Source of the DNA: a virus
Direction: 5' to 3' (one strand)
DNA length: 64,000 nt
Virus record (IMG/VR): IMGVR_UViG_3300035663_000004
Location: 23,524-87,523 of that record
In this document: one piece after another, positions 1-8,884 of the stretch
Position numbering within the stretch: position 1 is the first letter of the stretch
How the letters are laid out: every line of letters starts with the position of its first letter
Notes under the pieces: generated by a model
Told to the model about the DNA's origin: nothing
Databases searched by the model: none
The model's input: the letters and a program-made list of their open reading frames with translations, nothing else
Made by a program: the position numbers and the translations under genes

Positions 1-164
1 GTAAAAACGTGAATCTCAACCGACTTCAGCCCTACCGTTACCCGCTTAACCAAAGACGATATGCGAATATAAGTCTTAACCAACGCCGCTATGTGTTCCG
101 CAAGTCGTTGCCGTTCCGGAGCGTGAACGCTCGCTCCGCTGTAAACCTCAGCCCTTATCTTCAT
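1..164 (-). CDS. hypothetical protein (3'-truncated by window edge)
   Basis: Open frame from ATG at 164 (MKIRAEVYSGASVHAPERQRLAEH...) overlapping the end of the upstream gene. Confidence 0.4.
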   Translation of the reverse strand, partial: MKIRAEVYSGASVHAPERQRLAEHIAALVKTYIRISSLVKRVTVGLKSVEIHVF

Positions 165-330
165 ATTCTACTGCTTTTGCCATTTGCTGAATAATACTTT
201 TTACCGCCGAACGGCACGCCTCCATCCCCAAATAGTTGCGACCATACGCCAAAGGCATACCGTTCCCGGCATAAAATACCCAGGTATATAAACCTTTTTC
301 GGTCTTTTTTATTTTAAACTTAGAAACCAT
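148..330 (-). CDS. YegP/DUF1508-like small protein
   Basis: KF.IKK...G.Y.W.F.A.NG..LA.G..Y....AC..AV pattern; TAATTTTG promoter element 4 nt upstream of ATG. Confidence 0.6.
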   Translation of the reverse strand: MVSKFKIKKTEKGLYTWVFYAGNGMPLAYGRNYLGMEACRSAVKSIIQQMAKAVEYEDKG

Positions 331-402
331 GGCACAAAATTATAAATAATTTTTATCGGGCGCTCGGTTTTTCCAAAAAATATTTTTACCTTTGCCGGAA
401 CG

Positions 403-1140
403 ATGCACAAGCAATCAAAACTCACATACGGTAGAATCCTTGCGAAAATCGGCGCCGACCGGTCGCTTAGGAAGCCTATGCGTCTGCTGTTTTGGTGCAA
501 AGTCCACGGAATATCCCGCGTTCATTACAAGGACGATATTCCGTCGTTTTCAAAGTATCAAGTTCAAAAGTATCTTTCCGTCCTGCTCGAACACGGCTTT
601 GTCGGGTTTGACCGGAACGGATACTACTATATCCGGTCGCTTCGGTTTGTAGCGAAGCGGCTGGGAATCGTCGGGCCTATACTGGCTCGACCGGATAAAG
701 ACGTTGTCTTTAAGGACAATACTTGGGTTTCCTATCTTATGGGCCATGCCGTACTCTCGTATGTCGGCAACCTTAGAAGCGGCAAATCCAAAAAACGCGC
801 GAAGTGTCACACGGCCTCAAATTGTCATGAGCAGGGGAAGGATCTTCTCGACTTTTGTTCAAATTCTTATCAGGCAAATTCAAGTGCTGACTCTCAAGCG
901 GTTTCCCTCGCGGGTATTGCCAAAAAATTCAACATCACGATCTCAACTGCTTCACGTTGGCGCAGGAGGGGGCAGCGGGCAGGGTATGCTGTCTGTCGTC
1001 ACTTAAAGTTCATACGCGACTTGAAAGGTGAAACTTTCAATGGCGTTCGGAATTTTTGCGAAGACGGAAAAGTCTTTTTTGCGATCAAGGGTAAGCTGTA
1101 TCAGGAGCTTCCTGCAATACTTTTTGCGGATGATTTTTAA
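403..1140 (+). CDS. basic HTH-containing protein, possible replication initiator or regulator
   Basis: HTH-like VSLAGIAKKFNITISTASRW; TACCTTTG promoter element at 387. Confidence 0.5.
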   Translation: MHKQSKLTYGRILAKIGADRSLRKPMRLLFWCKVHGISRVHYKDDIPSFSKYQVQKYLSVLLEHGFVGFDRNGYYYIRSLRFVAKRLGIVGPILARPDKDVVFKDNTWVSYLMGHAVLSYVGNLRSGKSKKRAKCHTASNCHEQGKDLLDFCSNSYQANSSADSQAVSLAGIAKKFNITISTASRWRRRGQRAGYAVCRHLKFIRDLKGETFNGVRNFCEDGKVFFAIKGKLYQELPAILFADDF

Positions 1141-1325
1141 AGAAAAAAAACGTGCAAACAATATTGTCATGAGCAGTTGTATGTATTGGTTGTATTTCTT
1201 TATATCCGTATCCGTATTTGTATATCCGTATTGGTATATGTATTGATTACGATTTGAGGATCGAAGCTAATGCGCGCACGCATACACGCACGCACGCGAA
1301 GGAACCCTCAAAAAAATGCACAAAA

Positions 1326-1451
1326 ATGCCAGCAACTTATTTTGCCATCGTGGCTATCCTTGTCTTATCGCTTTGGGTTTGCTTTGATTCCCTGCGGTCA
1401 ATCATGAATCGCGAAAGCGCCGAAGACAAAGACCCGTTCAAAAATTTGTAA
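1326..1451 (+). CDS. small single-TM membrane protein (holin candidate)
   Basis: MPATYFAIVAILVLSLWVCF hydrophobic stretch with charged tail, directly before the endolysin. Confidence 0.45.
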   Translation: MPATYFAIVAILVLSLWVCFDSLRSIMNRESAEDKDPFKNL

Positions 1452-1452
1452 A

Positions 1453-1980
1453 ATGCAAAAAGTTGAATTAAACCGCTTTTCATGGCGCTCAGACTGCACG
1501 CTGGGCGACCTCATCCTGCCGGGAACGCAAAAGTTGGTGACGCTGGAACTTCCGTGGCAAAAGAATCAGCGACGGATTTCCTGCATTCCGGCAGGCACAT
1601 ACATCGTTCACAAGCGATTCAAGGGTTTGATGCGATCGTTTGAGGCTATGGTCGCTTTCGCCAAAAGCGTTGGGGTGGAAAAAATCCCGGAATTTGCGCC
1701 TGGCAAAACTTTGATTTACAACTACGTCACCCGTCAATACTGGTGGGTGTTCTCTAATCAAAACTTTGGCGACCACTACCACGTCCAAAACGTTGCAGGC
1801 AGGAGCGGAATTTTATTTCATACCGGGAACTATACACACCAAATCAACGGTTGTATTTTGCCTGGTCGTCGGCATATGGACTTGAACGGGGACAAAATCC
1901 CGGACGTAACGCATTCCCGTTGGGCGCTGAACGTTATGCTTTCTCAACTTGGGGATCAGTTCGAGTTAAAAATTACTTAA
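1453..1980 (+). CDS. DUF5675-family protein, putative His/Cys endolysin
   Basis: TLELPW..N...ISCIPAGTY and GRSGILFHTGN...NGCILPG motifs. Confidence 0.8.
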   Translation: MQKVELNRFSWRSDCTLGDLILPGTQKLVTLELPWQKNQRRISCIPAGTYIVHKRFKGLMRSFEAMVAFAKSVGVEKIPEFAPGKTLIYNYVTRQYWWVFSNQNFGDHYHVQNVAGRSGILFHTGNYTHQINGCILPGRRHMDLNGDKIPDVTHSRWALNVMLSQLGDQFELKIT

Positions 1981-2003
1981 AATATTAAAACTTTCACAAT
2001 ACT

Positions 2004-2834
2004 ATGAAATTTGCAGTCATTACAAAAGAGAAAACGTATGAGGTTTCACCTTTGCCCGAACTTCGCTCCCGCAGGCAGTACACGATCGTGGTTGCCCTAA
2101 TCATCCTGCTGGCTGGTCTTAACTACGTTTTGTGGGTTCCGACCCGAGTATCGGAAGTTATCCAGGTTGAGGTTCCGGTATCTCATATGTCTGTTGTTCC
2201 GGCGTCTGCTACTCCGGATCAGCAAATTCCTCCAAATAACCCTGCTATTTCGCACACAACCACGGCTGTATCGAAAGAACCCGCAAAAGAGCACCCATTG
2301 CAAGGGCGGAAAAAGAAAGCCAAACGTGGGGCAAATAAACGACAAATAGAAAAAGCGGATATATCTATTACCGGGGCAGTTGGTGTTGGAGATTTGGCTG
2401 CGGTTTCGCAATATCTAAAAAAATACGCGCCGCTGGCTGTTGCGGAGATGCGAAAACACGGCATTCCGGCTTCAATTACTTTGGCTCAGGCCATTGTTGA
2501 ATCCAATGTTGGTAAGTCAGCGCTGGCTTTTAGTAACAACAACCATTTCGGCATTAAGTGCCAGTCGCGGAATTGCAGGCGCGGCCATTGCACTAACCGA
2601 ACGGACGATCACCACAAAGACTTTTTCAGAAAATACCCGTCCGTTGCAGATTCCTACAAACATCACTCCGTGTTCCTAAAGCAACCGCGTTACCGAAATT
2701 GCTTTGCTCATAACAAAAACTACAAAGAGTGGGCGAAGGAACTTCAGCGATCAGGATACGCTACCGATAAAACGTATGCCGCTAAACTGGTGGCTACGAT
2801 TGAAAAGCACAACCTTGGCAGGTTCGACAAATAA
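2004..2834 (+). CDS. GH73 glucosaminidase with N-terminal TM anchor
   Basis: GIPASITLAQAIVES, NNHFGIKC, GYATD motifs; TM IVVALIILLAGLNYVLW. Confidence 0.9.
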   Translation: MKFAVITKEKTYEVSPLPELRSRRQYTIVVALIILLAGLNYVLWVPTRVSEVIQVEVPVSHMSVVPASATPDQQIPPNNPAISHTTTAVSKEPAKEHPLQGRKKKAKRGANKRQIEKADISITGAVGVGDLAAVSQYLKKYAPLAVAEMRKHGIPASITLAQAIVESNVGKSALAFSNNNHFGIKCQSRNCRRGHCTNRTDDHHKDFFRKYPSVADSYKHHSVFLKQPRYRNCFAHNKNYKEWAKELQRSGYATDKTYAAKLVATIEKHNLGRFDK

Positions 2835-2837
2835 AAA

Positions 2838-2877
2838 AACCCGATCATTTTCGTGACGTCACGAAAATGATCGGGTT
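2838..2877. repeat. perfect 40-bp palindrome between convergent genes (may act as bidirectional terminator)
   Basis: AACCCGATCATTTTCGTGAC|GTCACGAAAATGATCGGGTT with no spacer. Confidence 0.9.
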
Positions 2878-2899
2878 ATCGTTTTTGCTGGCGACTATC

Positions 2900-3181
2900 T
2901 TAGCGCAGCATTTCGGCTGCGTATTCAATCTCTTCGTCACTCAATCGAAGCGCAAGCAATTCAGCCTGCTGGTCAATATCAAGGCGTTGGTTGCTTTCGC
3001 CCCATTGCTCTCGGTATTCGATTTTCGTTGCGATCCGTCCCGCGATACCGCTGTTTGTGCGCCGGATACGCATTTCCTCCGGCCCCGCCTGCTTCGCCTC
3101 GATGATGAGTGCTTTTGCGACCTCAGCCGGGGTCAACAGGCTTTCCAAAAACGCGTTGTACTCCGCTATCCTCGCGCTCAT
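2900..3181 (-). CDS. hypothetical phage protein
   Basis: 93-aa ORF in minus-strand unit. Confidence 0.55.
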   Translation of the reverse strand: MSARIAEYNAFLESLLTPAEVAKALIIEAKQAGPEEMRIRRTNSGIAGRIATKIEYREQWGESNQRLDIDQQAELLALRLSDEEIEYAAEMLR

Positions 3182-3581
3182 CGCTGAAAAACGAATTGAC
3201 GCGAATGCACTCGGTGTACTCTGCGTATAGGCTACACATTGCTACACGAAAGCGGTTTTTGTCATCCGGATCAGCCTTATCAAGCAGGAGCGGGCAGTTG
3301 ACGCCGAATGCCTGCGGCCACAACCCTACCGATTCGTCGCCCATGTCAATGATGGCCAAAGAGTCAACCATCGTAACGTCGTAAAACCATGCCGTTCTTA
3401 CAGGCAAATACTCGGCATTTACAATGTAGTCGCAATGCCGCTTGTAAATCTCCATAACCTGCTGCTGGAACGGCTCCAGCATATCCGTATCGTGGTGCGC
3501 AAACGGACATTGCAGGTAGCAGTCAATCAAGTTTTCGTTGCTGACTACCGTAATCTTTAATGAGAAAACTGAACTGTGCAT
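3123..3581 (-). CDS. hypothetical phage protein
   Basis: 152-aa ORF closely following 3585..3845. Confidence 0.6.
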   Translation of the reverse strand: MHSSVFSLKITVVSNENLIDCYLQCPFAHHDTDMLEPFQQQVMEIYKRHCDYIVNAEYLPVRTAWFYDVTMVDSLAIIDMGDESVGLWPQAFGVNCPLLLDKADPDDKNRFRVAMCSLYAEYTECIRVNSFFSDEREDSGVQRVFGKPVDPG

Positions 3582-3584
3582 TTG

Positions 3585-3845
3585 TTATCGCTTTTCAAAT
3601 TTGGTGGCCAACTCCACAAAGTATCCAACCTTTGCGCTCATTGCCCAATTAGCAATTTTTTCCAAACCGACGTGACCGTAATCCCGGTATGCCGACAATA
3701 TCTCATCATCGGTAAGTTCCGCATAGTGCGCCTCAGATTCAATAGCCTCCATAATGGCTTCGTGCATACGGTCTTCGGTGCATATCCATTCGCCTTTACA
3801 CCTTTCAATTTTTTTCCGTACTGCTGTAATTACTATTTTCTCCAT
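3585..3845 (-). CDS. hypothetical phage protein
   Basis: 86-aa ORF with A-rich leader, downstream of TATATTTG element (3883-3890, minus). Confidence 0.65.
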   Translation of the reverse strand: MEKIVITAVRKKIERCKGEWICTEDRMHEAIMEAIESEAHYAELTDDEILSAYRDYGHVGLEKIANWAMSAKVGYFVELATKFEKR

Positions 3846-3915
3846 TTTTTTAAAAGTTTTTGTTAATAATTAAATTGCTCTGCAAATATACGATAACAAT
3901 TTTATTAGCGCAACC

Positions 3916-3934
3916 TGTTAACATTTCGTTAACA
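3916..3934. promoter_or_regulatory. TGTTAA-N7-TTAACA operator-like site, copy 1
   Basis: TGTTAACATTTCGTTAACA, near-identical to 9161-9179; both lie upstream of minus-strand promoters. Confidence 0.6.
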
Positions 3935-3992
3935 AAAAGGGCGGACGATATTGCATCGCCCGCCCAATAATCAACCTCATGAAAAAATTTAC

Positions 3993-4178
3993 CTACTTAC
4001 CTATTTCTGTAAGATGCTTGTTTAAGGCATCAAAGATCAGCTTGCTTCTTTCCTCTCCGCTTTTTGCGAGCCGCTCAATCATCGGAAGCGGCAAGGATAT
4101 GGATATGGAATAGCAGCGGTTTTCAGGATCAATCCGGGGTCGTCCCCGCTTTCCTTTTTTCTTTACTTTTTGTACCAT
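3993..4178 (-). CDS. ribbon-helix-helix-like DNA-binding protein
   Basis: KRGRPR followed by SISISLPLPMIERL...RSKLIFDALNKHL. Confidence 0.65.
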   Translation of the reverse strand: MVQKVKKKGKRGRPRIDPENRCYSISISLPLPMIERLAKSGEERSKLIFDALNKHLTEIGK

Positions 4179-4193
4179 AGCGTTGTTTTAAGT

Positions 4194-5102
4194 TTAGAAT
4201 GGCAGGTCGTCCGCTGCTACAATGGAGAACTCCCAGTTTTTTCCAATGGCGGCATTCAGCCCTGCGTTGTGTGAAATGTTGACAAGTATCTCTCTTGCCT
4301 CGAAGTTGTCGTGCGCGGAAATTGCCCCGTACTTTTTCTCGTACTGCTCATAGTAGTATTTGGCCTTGTTGCAGATTTCCTGCATTTTGGCCTCATCCTC
4401 CATGCCCGTTGCCTTTTTTCCAATTTCCTGCTCAATGATCTGCGCAAACGTTTTCGGCAGAACGCTGTTTGCCTGACTTGCCGGAACTGGTGCTGGTGCT
4501 TTCTTTTCAATCGCTGGCTCAATGCCGCTTTCGCCCGAACTGCCGGAAAAGATTTGCTTTTGTGCGTACTTGGCGACGGACTTCCAAAACTCGTTCACCT
4601 TTTTGAACGTTCCGTCCTCGTCAATGCCGGGAACGCCATCCAAACGTCCCGTTTCCGCATTGTAAGGATATGCCTTATTCAGCCAATTACCCGACTGGTC
4701 TTTGCAGGAGGCGCGCATAAGGCCATCCTTGTCGTAAAGAGCAATCTGAATGAACTTGTCCCAGTCCGCAGACTGGCCGGCCAAGGTGTTGAGAACAGAC
4801 GATGTTGCGGACGATTTCCAATGATCTGAAAAAGACACGTTCCACTTTTCTCCCGGCCGTACTTCGATGGTCAACGTGTATTCCGTGCGGGCCGGAATAC
4901 TGTACTGCTTGTTCTCCTCCTTTTCTTCAATGCCTATACCGCAAAGGTAGCCTTGAATGAACGATGCCTGCGTACCGTCGGGCAGCAGGAAATGACTCGG
5001 CGTTGTTGTCTTCGCCTTCGGATTGCTGGGGACTACCTTCACCCAGCGCGAATTTCCGGAACTATTTCCGGCAGGCTGAAAATCCCAATTTTTTTCTTGC
5101 AT
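4194..5102 (-). CDS. putative ssDNA-binding/recombination protein
   Basis: Acidic DDLPF C-terminus typical of SSB-like proteins; likely start MQEKNW. Confidence 0.5.
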   Translation of the reverse strand: MQEKNWDFQPAGNSSGNSRWVKVVPSNPKAKTTTPSHFLLPDGTQASFIQGYLCGIGIEEKEENKQYSIPARTEYTLTIEVRPGEKWNVSFSDHWKSSATSSVLNTLAGQSADWDKFIQIALYDKDGLMRASCKDQSGNWLNKAYPYNAETGRLDGVPGIDEDGTFKKVNEFWKSVAKYAQKQIFSGSSGESGIEPAIEKKAPAPVPASQANSVLPKTFAQIIEQEIGKKATGMEDEAKMQEICNKAKYYYEQYEKKYGAISAHDNFEAREILVNISHNAGLNAAIGKNWEFSIVAADDLPF

Positions 5103-5477
5103 AAAATTTGAAATTAGTTTGAAACAAAAATTTGACCTTTCTTTTTGAATCACAAAGTTGACCTATTTTTTTTTACCTACCAACTTTTTTCGACAAAAAA
5201 TTTTCGCCCCTTTATATATATGCCGCCCTGCTACCCAAAAGGCAAAGGCAGGAGCGGCAAAAAAAAGTTTACGCCGAACGGAAAAAAGTTTACGCCGTAC
5301 AGAATCCGCGACTTTGGCCGAAAGCGGTCGGGCGCGACACAAAAAGTTTTAAGTTCTGGTTAAATTTGTTTTTTTTGTTTGGTCGCGGGGTTCGGTTTCA
5401 TCGCGCCGGATTGTTGGCCGGGGTTCGGGTTCGGGTCGTAGTGATCGCGCGGATCTTTCCGATCGGCTCAGGTGGGC

Positions 5478-5514
5478 AAAAAAATAACCCGACAAAATAG
5501 CCGGGTTATTTTTC
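5478..5514 (-). terminator. intrinsic terminator closing the early operon
   Basis: AATAACCCG...CGGGTTATT hairpin followed by a T-run on the minus strand. Confidence 0.7.
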
Positions 5515-5520
5515 GGGTTC

Positions 5521-5697
5521 CTAAATTTTTTCCTGCTTGTAAATTTTCCAGGCTCGCCCGAAAATTTTCATCGGCGGCGCGTCGGGTTCTTTCTCTGCCC
5601 TAATTAGGGCGCTGCGTACTTCGCGCGCGTCTTGGTCGTTGGCTTGTTCGTCTTTCCATACGCGGCCGCAGTGCCTCAAAAATTCTTGGTATTTCAT
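5521..5697 (-). CDS. hypothetical early protein
   Basis: Start MKYQEFLRH immediately after hairpin repeat copy 1. Confidence 0.6.
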   Translation of the reverse strand: MKYQEFLRHCGRVWKDEQANDQDAREVRSALIRAEKEPDAPPMKIFGRAWKIYKQEKI

Positions 5698-5700
5698 GTT

Positions 5701-5745
5701 TATAAAAATTTGCCCGCTCTCGGTTATGAGGGCGCGCGGGTGAAA
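5701..5745 (-). repeat. intergenic hairpin repeat, copy 1
   Basis: tataaaaatttgcccgctctcggttatgagggcgcgcgggtgaaa. Confidence 0.9.
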
Positions 5746-5752
5746 AGATAAA

Positions 5753-6196
5753 CTAAATTTCTCCGTTGTCGGCAAAGCTGTAAAAATCGCCGTCGGGGGC
5801 TAAAATAATATGATCTAACAGAATAATATCTAACAATTTCCCCGCGTCGGCTATCGCCTTAGTTAGTTTCCGGTCTGCATCGCTGGGCCGGAGTTCTCCG
5901 CTCGGGTGGTTGTGCGCAATAATTAGCGCGCTGGCAAGACCTTTGCAGGCGGCCCCAAAAAGTATTTTTAAATCTACAACTGTGCCGGCTATACCTCCGG
6001 CGGATAATTCTACAAGGCCTAAAACTTGGTTCCTTCTGTTTAGCAGGAGCGCTTTAAACTCCTCCTGCATTTCGATTTTTTTCGGGTTCCAGCTTTCGCG
6101 TAAAATTTCGTGCGCTGAATGCGACCCGGTAATTTTCGGCCGGTCTTTGGCTTTTACTTTGGCGCTATAAAAAAGGCTTATTTCCGCAACTTCCAT
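5753..6196 (-). CDS. radC: RadC-like JAB domain protein
   Basis: QEEFKALLLN, GGIAGTVVD, HNHPSG..PS.AD, LLDHII motifs. Confidence 0.92.
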   Translation of the reverse strand: MEVAEISLFYSAKVKAKDRPKITGSHSAHEILRESWNPKKIEMQEEFKALLLNRRNQVLGLVELSAGGIAGTVVDLKILFGAACKGLASALIIAHNHPSGELRPSDADRKLTKAIADAGKLLDIILLDHIILAPDGDFYSFADNGEI

Positions 6197-6200
6197 TTTT

Positions 6201-6245
6201 TATAAAAATTTGCCCGCTCTCGGTTATGAGGGCGGGCGGGTGAAA
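6201..6245 (-). repeat. intergenic hairpin repeat, copy 2
   Basis: tataaaaatttgcccgctctcggttatgagggcgggcgggtgaaa. Confidence 0.9.
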
Positions 6246-6248
6246 TAA

Positions 6249-6446
6249 TTATTTTTCTGCTGGTTTAAAAAGCGCGTGCGCTGCAAATTTGTTACCGATA
6301 AAGTCTTCTATATTAAAAAAGGCAATTTTTCCGGATTTGTTGCGCTTATCGTATTGTTTTACCTTCCATCCTTTGCGGGTTCTCTGTAAAAGTTCTACTT
6401 TTATGTCCGCGTAAAAAACGTGCTGCCAAACTTGCCCTACTTCCAT
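6249..6446 (-). CDS. hypothetical early protein
   Basis: 65-aa ORF bracketed by repeat copies 2 and 3. Confidence 0.65.
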   Translation of the reverse strand: MEVGQVWQHVFYADIKVELLQRTRKGWKVKQYDKRNKSGKIAFFNIEDFIGNKFAAHALFKPAEK

Positions 6447-6450
6447 GTTT

Positions 6451-6493
6451 TAAAATTTTGCCCGCTCTCGGTTATGAGGGCGGGCGGGTGAAA
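6451..6493 (-). repeat. intergenic hairpin repeat, copy 3
   Basis: taaaattttgcccgctctcggttatgagggcgggcgggtgaaa. Confidence 0.9.
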
Positions 6494-6496
6494 AAA

Positions 6497-6811
6497 TTAT
6501 TGTTGTTCTGGCTTCGGTTTGTCTGCTTGCGCGTGTTCGGGGTATCGCCTCAAAAACCCCAACCAAAAAGCCGGATAAACTTCTGCGAATTCGGGCGGGT
6601 TTAGTATTGCGGCGCGCTCAGAAAATATATATTCTTTTTGTGCTGTGCTGTGTTCTCCGGTTGCCAAATCGAAAACTTGGTAAAAGCCGGGGCGCTCTAT
6701 TGCGACTACCGCCAAAATATAGTATTGAAATCTTGCTACCGCTGTTTGGCCGGGTTCGCAATATACTTCTAAATTGTCGGCTATGATGGCAAAAAACGGG
6801 GGCTTTTTCAC
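6497..6811 (-). CDS. hypothetical early protein
   Basis: 104-aa ORF overlapping the stop of the upstream gene. Confidence 0.6.
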   Translation of the reverse strand: MKKPPFFAIIADNLEVYCEPGQTAVARFQYYILAVVAIERPGFYQVFDLATGEHSTAQKEYIFSERAAILNPPEFAEVYPAFWLGFLRRYPEHAQADKPKPEQQ

Positions 6812-7179
6812 GGGTTGCGCTCTTTTTGGGTAAAATAAGAGTCTTCTTCCTCGTCGCCGAAATATCCGTTTTCCTGCAAATATTCGATGGCTTCAGCGTC
6901 CCAGTATTCGGGCGCGTTGTCTTGCAAAAATATTGCAGCGTCTGCGGCATCTTCGTTGTCGTCTCGAAATAGCGCCACTACTTCGTAATAACTGCCGAAA
7001 TCGTGCGGGAAAGATTGCCTTTTCAGGCGTATTTTTTCGCACTTTTCCGGGTGCTTCCTGCGCAGTTGGTCGGCATATGCAGCGCACTCAAGGCGCGCGC
7101 GCTCTGAATAGTCGGGGTCCCCTACTTGCGCGCATTGTTCCCCGTGGGGGGTCGGGCCCAGTTCTATGTAATCTATCAT
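6808..7179 (-). CDS. conserved mobile-element hypothetical protein
   Basis: DYIELGPTP.GE.CAQVG and FPHDFGSYYEV motifs, recalled from phage/plasmid early genes. Confidence 0.75.
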   Translation of the reverse strand: MIDYIELGPTPHGEQCAQVGDPDYSERARLECAAYADQLRRKHPEKCEKIRLKRQSFPHDFGSYYEVVALFRDDNEDAADAAIFLQDNAPEYWDAEAIEYLQENGYFGDEEEDSYFTQKERNP

Positions 7180-7264
7180 TTTTGAAAAAATTTAGGTTAT
7201 CTAAAAATAATGGATGTCAAAACGGCGTAAAACAGCCATTTAAAAAGTTTTTTGGCGCGTTTTC

Positions 7265-7732
7265 TCATTCGGTTATCCTTTGAACCTTAAAAAAATTCCG
7301 GTGGTACATTAGGTACCTCGTTGCTTCTTCAAGGATGTTAACCGGCCCTTCGCTGCCGTCCTTCAAGTAACACCAACCAAAAAAAGTAGTATCTATTCCC
7401 ATTTGCCGGGCTGCGTCTGCCCAGCTTTGCGGTATCGCGGTATCTATTTCGGCGTCGGGGCGCAAAACGGCGTCTGCGACTTCCCGTTTATTTGCCCAGA
7501 TTGAAAAAAGCGCGCGCGAAATATAGGCGGCTGAATCATACGCGGGCGGCCGCATATCAAAAAGTTTTTTCTGCTGCCAAGGCAAAAAAAGCGCATCGGC
7601 GGCGGCGCGTAATTGTGCGCTGGGTTGAAGCTCTTCCTGCATTGTGAAGCCGTCAAACGTGAAAAAATTCCGTTTTTTTGCTCTATTCGAGTCAAAAAAA
7701 TACTTTTTTTCCTCAAAAAATAGACTTTCCAT
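7265..7732 (-). CDS. hypothetical early protein
   Basis: 155-aa ORF in operon. Confidence 0.6.
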   Translation of the reverse strand: MESLFFEEKKYFFDSNRAKKRNFFTFDGFTMQEELQPSAQLRAAADALFLPWQQKKLFDMRPPAYDSAAYISRALFSIWANKREVADAVLRPDAEIDTAIPQSWADAARQMGIDTTFFGWCYLKDGSEGPVNILEEATRYLMYHRNFFKVQRITE

Positions 7733-7743
7733 GTTGAAAAAAT

Positions 7744-8181
7744 TTAATTTTTAAATATAAAAAAATATTGTCCCTCGTATGGTTGCTCTCTTTCGTGTCC
7801 GTCATAACTGGCAAGCTGCGGCCCGCGGCCGTCGTATCTCAATACATCATCTATCCATCTGTCCAAATCAAAATATGGTAACAAGTCTTTCGATATTTCG
7901 TGCGCATAGCACTCGAAAAAAATATTTTCTACGCGGGCGCGGGCTGCTTCGTCTGCTTCCGCGTCTGTAAGGACCAAGTACTCGTATCTGCCTATTGTGT
8001 AGGTGTCGCCGTCTCGCGTCTCTTCAATGTCTTGCAATGTTTGGGCGTCTTCTTCCGATATTTCGCCGTTTTCGTCTGGCTCTGCAATGATTTCAAGGTG
8101 TAGCGCAAGCGCTACGACCTTTGCGGCGTATTCATATACTGAAACGCGCGTTTCGTTGTCGTGGTCGTGGTCGTTGTGCAT
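7744..8181 (-). CDS. acidic hypothetical protein (weak resemblance to ArdA C-terminal region)
   Basis: Highly acidic; LLPYFDLDRWIDD..RYDGRG..LASYDG.E. Confidence 0.55.
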   Translation of the reverse strand: MHNDHDHDNETRVSVYEYAAKVVALALHLEIIAEPDENGEISEEDAQTLQDIEETRDGDTYTIGRYEYLVLTDAEADEAARARVENIFFECYAHEISKDLLPYFDLDRWIDDVLRYDGRGPQLASYDGHEREQPYEGQYFFIFKN

Positions 8182-8212
8182 TTGAAAAAAAATTGTGAAG
8201 TGAAAAAATAAG

Positions 8213-8626
8213 TTATGGGTGTGCCTTAATGATTTTAAAATTTGCGGTCGGCATTAGCAGCGCTGCAGCCTCCTGCACCGTGTCGGGCTGGTCGTTGCCT
8301 TGGTTGTCGCGGTGAAACTTCTCTAACTGGTCGGCGCTGACTCCCTGCGCGCTTAGCGCTTCTGATAGCGCGGTAATTAGTGCGTCCTGCCTGCGGTCGT
8401 ATCCGTATCCGCCGGCGCGGGCGCCTCCTTCGCTCCATCGTTTAGGATAGTCGGCGGTTGGGTTGTAAATCCATACGCAACACGACGCGCGCGCGTCGGT
8501 TTCATAGAAACGGGCCGTTATGACCTCGCAAATTTGCGGGCCGTCTTCTGTATTGATGATGGTTAGTACTGAAATTTGCGCGCTGAAGTGTTTTGCGCGG
8601 CGGTTCGATATTATACTATGGTACAT
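8213..8626 (-). CDS. hypothetical early protein
   Basis: G.A.AGGYGYDR motif common in phage early proteins. Confidence 0.65.
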   Translation of the reverse strand: MYHSIISNRRAKHFSAQISVLTIINTEDGPQICEVITARFYETDARASCCVWIYNPTADYPKRWSEGGARAGGYGYDRRQDALITALSEALSAQGVSADQLEKFHRDNQGNDQPDTVQEAAALLMPTANFKIIKAHP

Positions 8627-8654
8627 GGTATTTGTTTTTAAAGTTTAAAAAAAA

Positions 8655-8855
8655 TTATATACCGTCTTCGCTTGCCATTATTCCGATAATAGCGCCAACA
8701 AGCGCAAACGCTGCATGGTAAAGCGTCCAAAGTACCCACAAAAGAATGTTTAACCTTTCGGGGCAGTAAGCGCTTCCGGCTGTTGCTGCGGCCAAAAATC
8801 CAGCGCCAACAAGCAAAGAAAAAACAATACTTAACACAATAATCAAATAACGCAT
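8655..8855 (-). CDS. small two-TM membrane protein
   Basis: Two hydrophobic segments. Confidence 0.6.
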   Translation of the reverse strand: MRYLIIVLSIVFSLLVGAGFLAAATAGSAYCPERLNILLWVLWTLYHAAFALVGAIIGIMASEDGI

Positions 8856-8884
8856 AATTTTAATATTTTAAATTGAAAAAATTT

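Noticed and set aside
5701-6493. CRISPR array or integron attC array
   Set aside because: Intervals are whole genes (500 and 248 bp periods); no cas or integron integrase gene, and no GTTRRRY/RYYYAAC ends.
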